DNA of 64,000 bases. It comes from an uncultured Prevotellaceae bacterium. Lineage in GTDB: Bacteria > Bacteroidota > Bacteroidia > Bacteroidales > UBA3663. Below the pieces are notes generated by a model. It saw only the letters and a program-made list of their open reading frames with translations. It did no database searches and was not told the origin of the DNA. The stretch covers positions 32,614-96,613 of the forward strand of contig CAZMOE010000007.1 of assembly GCA_964567855.1 (NCBI GenBank). Reading direction: 5' to 3'. The position numbers and the translations under genes are program-made. Positions 56,544-64,000 of this stretch are shown one piece after another. Position 1 is the stretch's first letter. Every line of letters starts with the position of its first letter.

Positions 56544-58046
56544 CTATAGGGTCACACCATTTTTGAAGATGGAAATTTCGTGGATGCCGCTCTTCTCGGA
56601 ATTGACATATTCTCCGCTTGCGACTTTAAGAACATAGGCAATGAAGTTTTTAACCACTTCGTCCATACTTTGATCTTCCGCCAGGACTCCGGCGTTGAAA
56701 TCGATCCAGTTGGGCTTGTTCTGATAGAGTCTGCTGTTGGTGGAAACTTTCATAGTGGGAACGAAGGTAGCGAACGGAGTTCCGCGTCCGGTGGTGAAGA
56801 GTACCATCTGACATCCGGCGGCAGCCAATGCCGTGGCGGCAACAAGGTCATTGCCGGGGGCGGAAAGCAGGTTCAGACCGTTATGTTGGAGACGCTCGCC
56901 GTATTCCATCACGCCGCATACAGCGCTTTTCCCTGACTTCTGGGTACATCCCAAAGCTTTTTCTTCAAGGGTTGAAATACCGCCGGCCTTATTGCCCGGA
57001 GAGGGATTCTCTCCAACGGGCTCGCCATGGCTGAGGAAATATTCTTTGAAGTTGTTGATAAGCGAAATGGTCTGATTCAGCAATTCCGGGTTCGCGCAAC
57101 GCTCCATGAGGATGGTTTCTGCACCGAACATTTCCGGAACTTCCGTCAGGATGGTTGTACCGCCTTGTGTTTCGCAAAGGAAATCGGAGAAGGCACCGAG
57201 CAACGGGTTGGCCGTAATGCCGGAGAAACCATCCGAGCCACCGCATTTCAGGCCGATGCGCAGTTTGGATGCCGGCACGGTTGTGCGCTGGAATGTTTTG
57301 GCCTGTTCGTAAAGCTCTTTAAGAAGTTTCGTACCGTATTCGACTTCATCACCTGGCACTTCCTGGCAAACCATGAATTTTACGCGGCTTTTGTCATAGT
57401 CGCCGCAAAATTCCTCGAATATTTTGGGCTGGTTGTTTTCGCAACCGAGACCTACGACGAGAATACCGCTGGCATTGGGGTGATGTACCATGTCGCGCAA
57501 AATCTTTTTGGTATTTTCATGGTCTTCGCTAAGCTGTGAGCAGCCGTAGTTATGAGGGAAATCAACGATGCAGTCGACACCTTCGCCGCCGTTGGTTTCA
57601 GCCTTGACACGTTCAACGATTTGTTTGATAATGCCGTTTACGCAGCCGACAGTAGGGATGACCCAGATTTCATTGCGGATACCGACTTGTCCGTCGGGGC
57701 GGACATAGCCTTCAAACGTAAGCTGTTCTCCTGTCGGGGTGCAAGGCTGCAATCCTTTTAGCTGGATGTTGCTGTAGTCGAGCTGTCCTGCCAGATTCGT
57801 TTTGATATCGTCATGGTCGAGGTATGCCCCTTTTTGAATATTGTGACGGGCATGGCCGATCGGGAAACCGTATTTGATGATATTTTCGCCTTCTGAAATG
57901 TCGCAAAGTGCGACTTTATGACCGACGGGGATATCTGTTACCAAAGTAATGTCCTGGCCGTCGACCGAGATGGTGGTGCCTGCGGTCAGAGGGGCGATAG
58001 CTACAGCTACGTTATCGGCAGGATTGATTTTCAAATATTCTTTCAT
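56544..58046 (-). CDS. uxaA: altronate dehydratase
   Basis: 500 aa. SAF-domain N-terminus MKEYLKINPADNVAVAI with a UxaA/GarD-type C-terminal domain. Adjacent to uxaB. Confidence 0.9.
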   Translation of the reverse strand: MKEYLKINPADNVAVAIAPLTAGTTISVDGQDITLVTDIPVGHKVALCDISEGENIIKYGFPIGHARHNIQKGAYLDHDDIKTNLAGQLDYSNIQLKGLQPCTPTGEQLTFEGYVRPDGQVGIRNEIWVIPTVGCVNGIIKQIVERVKAETNGGEGVDCIVDFPHNYGCSQLSEDHENTKKILRDMVHHPNASGILVVGLGCENNQPKIFEEFCGDYDKSRVKFMVCQEVPGDEVEYGTKLLKELYEQAKTFQRTTVPASKLRIGLKCGGSDGFSGITANPLLGAFSDFLCETQGGTTILTEVPEMFGAETILMERCANPELLNQTISLINNFKEYFLSHGEPVGENPSPGNKAGGISTLEEKALGCTQKSGKSAVCGVMEYGERLQHNGLNLLSAPGNDLVAATALAAAGCQMVLFTTGRGTPFATFVPTMKVSTNSRLYQNKPNWIDFNAGVLAEDQSMDEVVKNFIAYVLKVASGEYVNSEKSGIHEISIFKNGVTL

Positions 58047-58160
58047 AGTGATTTTTTCGATGTTTAGATAGATGGACTCTTTTTCTCTGAATACGTTAAA
58101 CGTCCGGGGTAGACATTGGGTCGGAACTCCGGACGTTTATAGATAGATGATATGATATTA

Positions 58161-59639
58161 TCAAAGGATTGTTTTGACGGTTTCAAGCATTCCCTTCTCC
58201 TGAATGGCTTGCAGGAAGTCTGCAACCATGTCTGTCAGGCCCGGAATGGTATTGAGATCGCCGTGCTCGCCCCAGATGAGATCTTTGGCTGCCAAAACTC
58301 CCTCTGCAACTTTGTGAACGTCATTGGTAGCCCACAAGTCGGTGAGGAGCTGCATGATCTTCGGATCGTCGTTAGGAACGATTTCTGCGCCGTCGGCACG
58401 TTTACCGCCTTTATAGTAAGTAATGATGGCTGCAAGACCGAGAACGAGGCCTTTGGGTAATTCGCCTTTGCGTTCCAGATAAGTCTTGAGACCCGGAAGG
58501 TCGCGTGTCTGGTATTTGGGGAAAGAGTTGAGCATGATGCTCGTAACCTGATGGTCGACGTAAGGATTGTTGAAACGTTCGAGGACATCGCCGGCAAATT
58601 GACGAAGTTCGTCCATCGGGAGATTGAGAGTCTCCATGAGTTCTTCAAACTGTACCTTGTGAATATACTTTCCAACGATCTCGTGGTTGCAGGCATCGCG
58701 CACGATGTTGATTCCGCTGAGGTAGGCAACCGGTGAAAGAACCGTGTGGGGGCCGTTGAGAAGTGTTACCTTTCTTTCATGGTAAGGTTTCTCGGATTCT
58801 GCGATGAGGACATGCAGACCGGCTTTCTCTGCGGGGAATTCTTTGCGGAGGTCTTCGATAGACATGTTCTCGGGTTTCTCAATTACCCACAGGTGGAAGA
58901 TTTCTGCTTGCACGACGAGATTATCGGCATAACAGATCTTCTCTTGAATCTGAGCGATTTCCTTACGCGGGAATCCGGGAACGATACGGTCAACCAATGT
59001 GGCGCATACATAGCAGCTGTTGGTGAACCATGCTTTGAATGTTTCGTAATCAGTGCCGAAATCTTCTTTCCAGAGGTCGATGTACTGGTAGATACATTTC
59101 TTGAGGTGATGACCGTTAAGGAAGATCAACTCGCACGGCATGATGATAAGACCTTTGTCGGCAGCACCGTTGAAAGTCTTGAAGCGGCGATAGAGAAGCT
59201 GTGTCAGTTTACCGGGATAAGAAGATGCCGGAGCGTCAGAGAGCTTGCAGTTAGGATCGAATGCGATGCCGGCTTCGGTAGTGTTGGAGATTACGAAGCG
59301 AATTTCCGGCTGGTCAGCCAAAGCCATGAAGGCGGAGTTCTGGCTGTAAGGATTAAGAGCACGACTGATACAGTCAATACGTGTGAGACTGTTTACGGCT
59401 TCACCGTTGAGACGACCCTGAAGGTTTACGTGATAGAGGCAATCCTGTCCGTTAAGCCATTCTGCCATACCTCTTTCAATGGGCTGGACAACAACGACGC
59501 TGGAATTGAAATCGGTTTTCTGGTTCATGTTGTAGATGATCCAGTCTACAAACGCACGAAGAAAATTGCCTTCACCGAACTGAATGATTCTTTCGGGGGC
59601 GACGGATTTGGGAGCCGTCAGCTTGTTTAATGCTTTCAT
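58161..59639 (-). CDS. uxaB: tagaturonate reductase (altronate oxidoreductase)
   Basis: 492-aa protein of the long-chain mannitol dehydrogenase family (IIQFGEGNFLRAFVDW). Sits in uxaA/uxaC context. Confidence 0.88.
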   Translation of the reverse strand: MKALNKLTAPKSVAPERIIQFGEGNFLRAFVDWIIYNMNQKTDFNSSVVVVQPIERGMAEWLNGQDCLYHVNLQGRLNGEAVNSLTRIDCISRALNPYSQNSAFMALADQPEIRFVISNTTEAGIAFDPNCKLSDAPASSYPGKLTQLLYRRFKTFNGAADKGLIIMPCELIFLNGHHLKKCIYQYIDLWKEDFGTDYETFKAWFTNSCYVCATLVDRIVPGFPRKEIAQIQEKICYADNLVVQAEIFHLWVIEKPENMSIEDLRKEFPAEKAGLHVLIAESEKPYHERKVTLLNGPHTVLSPVAYLSGINIVRDACNHEIVGKYIHKVQFEELMETLNLPMDELRQFAGDVLERFNNPYVDHQVTSIMLNSFPKYQTRDLPGLKTYLERKGELPKGLVLGLAAIITYYKGGKRADGAEIVPNDDPKIMQLLTDLWATNDVHKVAEGVLAAKDLIWGEHGDLNTIPGLTDMVADFLQAIQEKGMLETVKTIL

Positions 59640-59689
59640 GTTATAAAATTAATGTGTTTTAAAGTTGTAAGTATACGTTTTAATTGCCG

Positions 59690-59697
59690 CAAATATA
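59690..59697 (-). promoter_or_regulatory. -7 box TAtaTTTG for uxaB-uxaA
   Basis: caaatata on the plus strand, 51 nt upstream of ATG 59639. Confidence 0.4.
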
Positions 59698-59871
59698 CTA
59701 ATATTATTTGCTTTTCAAAAAAAAAACTCTTTTTTTGTATCGAAACCAAAAAAAATATTTATCTTCGCCTCGCTGATTATGTGAAAAGTTTTTGACTTGC
59801 ATGTAACAGCCGGAAGATAGAAACAACTTATATATAATTTTATACCAAAACACTTAAATATATTTTGCGAT

Positions 59872-61287
59872 ATGAAACCATTTATGGATAAGAACTTTCT
59901 GTTGCAGACTGAAACTGCGCAGAAGTTGTACCATGAGCACGCGGCCAAGATGCCGATTATCGATTACCATTGTCATTTGATTCCGAAGATGGTCGCCGAC
60001 GATCATCGCTTCAAATCCCTGACGGAAATCTGGCTGGGCGGCGACCATTACAAGTGGCGCGCCATGCGTAGCAACGGTGTTGACGAACGTTTTTGTACCG
60101 GAAGCGATACGACCGATTGGGAGAAGTTTGAAAAATGGGCAGAAACGGTTCCTTATACTTTCCGCAATCCCCTTTATCATTGGACCCATCTTGAATTGAA
60201 GACCGCATTCGGTATTGACAAGATTCTCAATCCGCAGACTGCCCGTGAAATTTACGATGAATGTAATGACAAATTGCTGAATGATCCTAACTATACGGCT
60301 CGCGGTTTTATGCGCCGTTATCATGTGGAAACCGTATGTACGACTGATGATCCGGTGGATTCCCTTGAGTATCACAAGCAGGTTAAGGAGAGCGGCTTTG
60401 AAGTAAAAATGTTGCCCACCTGGCGTCCTGATAAGGCCATGGCTGTGGAGGTGCCTGCTGAGTTCCGTGCTTATGTCGAAAAACTTGCCGAAGTATCCGG
60501 TGTGACGATCAATAAGTTCCAGGATATGATCGATGCTCTTCAGAAGCGTCATGACTTCTTTGAATCTATGGGCTGTAAGCTTTCTGATCATGGTATCGAA
60601 GAATTCTATGCCGAAGATTATACCGATGCGGAGATCGATGCTATATTTAATAAGGTATATGGCGGTACAGCTTTGACTCAGGAAGAAATCTTGAAGTTCA
60701 AGAGCGCCATGATGATTATCTTTGCTGAAATGGATTATGCCACGGGTTGGGCACAGCAGTTCCATTATGGTGCCATCCGTAACAATAACTCCAAGATGTT
60801 TAAGAAACTGGGTCCCGATACGGGCTTCGATTCCATCGGTGAGTTCAACACGGCAAAGGCATGTGCAAAATTCCTCGACAAGTTGAATGCAGAGGGTAAA
60901 CTGACCAAGACAATTCTCTATAACCTCAATCCTTGTGCCAACGAAGTGCTGGCGACGATGCTGGGTAACTTCCAGGACGGTTCTTTGCCGGGCAAGATCC
61001 AGTTGGGTTCCGGTTGGTGGTTCCTCGATCAGAAAGACGGCATGCAGAAGCAGATGAATGCACTTTCCGTGCTTGGTTTGTTGAGCCGCTTTGTGGGTAT
61101 GCTTACCGATTCCCGTTCATTCCTCTCTTATCCGCGTCATGAGTACTTCCGCCGTACACTTTGCAACTTGCTCGGTACAGATATTGAAAACGGCGAGATT
61201 CCTTACACCGGTTATGAGGCAGAGCGCGTAAATCAGATGGTAGAGGATATTTGCTATAACAACGCAAAGAATTATTTCCAATTTTAA
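59872..61287 (+). CDS. uxaC: glucuronate isomerase
   Basis: 471 aa. MKPFMDKNFLLQTETAQKLYHEHAAKMPIIDYHCHL. Confidence 0.95.
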   Translation: MKPFMDKNFLLQTETAQKLYHEHAAKMPIIDYHCHLIPKMVADDHRFKSLTEIWLGGDHYKWRAMRSNGVDERFCTGSDTTDWEKFEKWAETVPYTFRNPLYHWTHLELKTAFGIDKILNPQTAREIYDECNDKLLNDPNYTARGFMRRYHVETVCTTDDPVDSLEYHKQVKESGFEVKMLPTWRPDKAMAVEVPAEFRAYVEKLAEVSGVTINKFQDMIDALQKRHDFFESMGCKLSDHGIEEFYAEDYTDAEIDAIFNKVYGGTALTQEEILKFKSAMMIIFAEMDYATGWAQQFHYGAIRNNNSKMFKKLGPDTGFDSIGEFNTAKACAKFLDKLNAEGKLTKTILYNLNPCANEVLATMLGNFQDGSLPGKIQLGSGWWFLDQKDGMQKQMNALSVLGLLSRFVGMLTDSRSFLSYPRHEYFRRTLCNLLGTDIENGEIPYTGYEAERVNQMVEDICYNNAKNYFQF

Positions 61288-61387
61288 TATAAAAGTATAA
61301 TCGTTGTTTTCATGGTTGCAGAATATTTGTAACCATGAAAACACTTTAGTATAGAGAACTAACAATTTAATAAAACAATAAATTACT

Positions 61388-62410
61388 ATGGCAAAAATTG
61401 TAACATTGGGCGAGATTATGCTTCGTCTTTCACCTGAAGGCAACGACCGTTTCATTCAGTCAGAATCTTTTCGTATTATTCCTGGCGGCGGTGAAGCTAA
61501 TGTAGCTGTCAGCTGTGCCAACTATGGTCACGATGCTTATTTTGTTTCCAAACTCCCTAAGCATGAAATCGGTCAGATCGCAGTAAATGCGTTGCGTCGT
61601 TATGGCGTTAATACCGATTTCGTGGCCCGTGGCGGCGATCGTGTAGGTCTTTATTATGCAGAGACCGGAGCTTCTATGCGTCCTTCTAAAGTCATTTACG
61701 ACCGTGCACATTCCTCTATTGCGGAAGCTGATGCCGCTGATTTCGATTTTGACAAGATCATGGAGGGTGCCGATTGGTTCCACTGGTCAGGCATTACTCC
61801 CGCTATTTCCGACAAGGCCGCTGAATTGACCAAGCTGGCTTGTGAAGCTGCCAAGCGTCATGGTGTCACTGTTTCTGTCGACCTGAACTTCCGTAAGAAA
61901 CTTTGGACGTCAGAAAAGGCTATCTCTATCATGCGTCCTTTGATGCAGTACGTCGATGTTTGTATCGGTAATGAGGAAGATGCAGAGCTTTGTCTCGGCT
62001 TCAAGCCCAATGCAGACGTTGAAGGTGGTGAAACCAATGCCGCCGGTTATGAAGGTATCTTCAAGCAGATGGCTAAAGAATTCGGCTTTAAGTATGTCGT
62101 TTCAACACTTCGCGAATCTTTCTCTGCCACATTCAACGGATGGAAGGCCCTTATCTATAACGGCAGCGAATTTTATCAGTCTAAGCGCTATGAAATCAAT
62201 CCCATCATTGACCGAATCGGTGGCGGCGACTCTTTCTCTGGCGGCTTGATTCATGGTCTTTTGACGAAGGCTACTCAAGGCGAGGCCCTCGAATTTGCAG
62301 TGGCCGCTTCTGCCCTGAAACATACTATCAACGGCGACTTTAATCTCGTTTCTGTTGAGGAGGTCGAGTCTTTGGCCGGTGGTAACGCCAATGGTCGTGT
62401 TCAGCGCTAA
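61388..62410 (+). CDS. kdgK: 2-dehydro-3-deoxygluconokinase (PfkB family)
   Basis: 340 aa. VTLGEIMLRLSP and GGGDSFSGGLIHGL. Confidence 0.88.
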   Translation: MAKIVTLGEIMLRLSPEGNDRFIQSESFRIIPGGGEANVAVSCANYGHDAYFVSKLPKHEIGQIAVNALRRYGVNTDFVARGGDRVGLYYAETGASMRPSKVIYDRAHSSIAEADAADFDFDKIMEGADWFHWSGITPAISDKAAELTKLACEAAKRHGVTVSVDLNFRKKLWTSEKAISIMRPLMQYVDVCIGNEEDAELCLGFKPNADVEGGETNAAGYEGIFKQMAKEFGFKYVVSTLRESFSATFNGWKALIYNGSEFYQSKRYEINPIIDRIGGGDSFSGGLIHGLLTKATQGEALEFAVAASALKHTINGDFNLVSVEEVESLAGGNANGRVQR

Positions 62411-62452
62411 TTTTGAATTCATTTGAGTAATTAATATTTCAATAGAAAGACA

Positions 62453-63124
62453 ATGGCTAAATTTGATAAGGTCGCCGTTCTTAAGAAAATCGGTGAAACC
62501 GGTATGGTTCCGGTCTTTTATCACAAAGATGTGGAAGTCGCCAAGAATGTAGTGAAGGCTTGCTACGAAGGTGGCGTTCGCGCTTTTGAATTTACCAATC
62601 GTGGGGACTTCGCTCATGAAATCTTCGGCGAGCTGGTGAAGTGGGCTGCCAAGGAATGTCCTGAATTGGCTTTGGGTATCGGCTCTGTTGTAGATGCTCC
62701 TACTGCCGCACTTTATATTCAGCTGGGCGCCAACTTTATTGTCGGTCCGCTCTTCAATCCTGATATTGCAGTGGTTTGCAACCGTCGTCTCGTACCTTAC
62801 TGCCCTGGTTGCGGTACTGTTTCTGAGATCGGAAAGGCTCAGGAATTGGGTTGCGATTTGACGAAACTCTTCCCCGGCGATGTTTATGGTCCCAACATGG
62901 TTAAGGGGTTGATGGCCCCGTGTCCGTGGTCGAAGATTATGGTAACCGGCGGTGTTTCACCTGATCGTGAAAACCTTACTTCCTGGTTCAAAGCCGGTGT
63001 TTATTGTGTAGGCATGGGCTCCAAACTCTTCCCGAAGGACAAAGTTGTTGCAGAAGACTGGGCCTATGTAACCAATAAGTGCAAAGAATGTCTCGATATT
63101 ATTTCTGAGATACGCACCAAGTAA
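62453..63124 (+). CDS. eda: 2-dehydro-3-deoxyphosphogluconate / 4-hydroxy-2-oxoglutarate aldolase
   Basis: 223-aa KDPG-aldolase TIM barrel ([15 protein letters not shown]). Immediately follows kdgK. Confidence 0.88.
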   Translation: MAKFDKVAVLKKIGETGMVPVFYHKDVEVAKNVVKACYEGGVRAFEFTNRGDFAHEIFGELVKWAAKECPELALGIGSVVDAPTAALYIQLGANFIVGPLFNPDIAVVCNRRLVPYCPGCGTVSEIGKAQELGCDLTKLFPGDVYGPNMVKGLMAPCPWSKIMVTGGVSPDRENLTSWFKAGVYCVGMGSKLFPKDKVVAEDWAYVTNKCKECLDIISEIRTK

Positions 63125-63225
63125 TTTTTAGAATCATGAAGTGTCTTTCGCTTTGTTGAACGGGAGGCACTTCATTTTTCTATTATCATCAACGATATTA
63201 AAATAACTTCAATTACAGAATAAAT

Positions 63226-64000
63226 AATGACTAATACTAAAATGACCAATTGGCGTTGGGTGCTTTGTGCTTTATTGTTCGTTGCCACGACTGTAAATTA
63301 TCTCGATCGCCAGGTTCTTTCCCTTACTTGGAAAGATTTCATCGCTCCGGAATTCCATTGGACGGATTCTGATTATGGTACGATTACAGGTTTCTTTTCT
63401 ATCTTCTATGCTATAGCCTGCCTTTTTGCCGGAAAGTTTGTTGACTGGATGGGTACCAAAAAGGGCTATCTTTGGGCTATTTTCATTTGGTCTTTAGGTG
63501 CTTGTCTCCATGCCGGTTGCGGTTGGGTGACCATGAATGCAAAGGGCTTGGATTCAATAGAGGCATTGCGTGCCGTACAGGCCGGCTCCGATTTGGCTTT
63601 GGCCATCGCATCTCTCAGTGTATGGCTTTTCTTGGTATGCCGTGCTATCCTTGCTTTGGGTGAGGCTGGCAACTTCCCTGCAGCCATCAAGGTAACTGCT
63701 GAGTATTTCCCGAAAAAGGACCGTGCTTTTGCTACTTCTATCTTCAATGCCGGTGCTTCCGTAGGAGCTTTGGCAGCTCCATTGTCAATCCCGTTCCTTG
63801 CTGAGGCCTGGGGATGGGAAATGGCTTTCATCATCATCGGTGCTCTCGGCTTTATCTGGATGTTCTTCTGGATCTTCATGTATGACAAACCGGAGACCTC
63901 CAAGTATGTCAACAAAGAGGAACTCGCCTACATCCATCAGGATGAATCAGAGGAGACAAAAATCCCCGGAGCTGAGGAGAAGACGATTCCTTTCGGAAAG
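63226..64000 (+). CDS. exuT: MFS hexuronate transporter (partial, runs off the window)
   Basis: Hand-translated open frame from ATG 63226: MTNTKMTNWRWVLCALLFVATTVNYLDRQVLSL...LGEAGNFPAAIKV...FNAGASVGA. There is no stop before 64000. Absent from the ORF track because it is open-ended. Confidence 0.8.

Noticed and set aside
1-64000. I scanned the whole window for tRNA, rRNA and tmRNA genes, CRISPR repeats, IS elements or transposases, integrases, toxin-antitoxin pairs and known defence-system genes.
   Set aside because: None were recognised by eye. There are no regularly spaced direct repeats, no DDE or tyrosine-recombinase motifs, and no P-loop/nuclease gene pairs. A proper tRNAscan, Infernal and defence-finder run would be needed to make this negative result firm.

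Overview
This is a 64-kb chromosomal segment that looks like Bacteroidota, of the Bacteroidales type. The evidence is a fused LpxC/FabZ gene, three ORFs ending in T9SS-type C-terminal sorting domains, and TAnnTTTG -7-like boxes 20-200 nt upstream of many start codons. I saw no rRNA, tRNA, CRISPR array, transposase, integrase or phage genes. Housekeeping genes (aspS, nadE, hslR-pth-rplY, a CCA-type nucleotidyltransferase, lpxD-lpxC/fabZ-lpxA) are interleaved with a pectin/plant-sugar theme. That theme comprises GH105, two tandem GH29 fucosidases (one fused to an SGNH esterase), a PL9-like lyase and an unknown 876-aa protein (both with T9SS tails), GH28, the galacturonate route (uxaA, uxaB, uxaC, kdgK, eda, exuT) and an arabinose operon (galM, SSF transporter, araD, araA, araB). 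No SusC/SusD pair is present. Five things stand out. (1) A tightly packed five-gene operon (41451-46323) encodes a TlpA-like thiol reductase, a large outer-membrane barrel, a lipoprotein with a thioredoxin-like CXXC and an acidic surface-export-like signal, a DUF456 membrane protein and a cytoplasmic ATP-grasp-like protein. Its function is unknown and it spans every envelope compartment. (2) A roughly 7-kb HxlR-associated island (46618-53859) holds 12 small redox or electrophile-detoxification genes, including three consecutive exported redox-fold proteins. (3) An orphan 634-aa all-helical protein sits between nadE and an iron-sulfur-flavoprotein-like gene. (4) The lipid A genes appear co-transcribed with a PRiA4-ORF3-like gene and a patatin/beta-barrel phospholipase. 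(5) A frameshifted, internally deleted GH5/GH43 mosaic remnant still carries a T9SS tail. All family calls come from motif recognition by eye. No database search was run, so the functions of the unusual genes are hypotheses.
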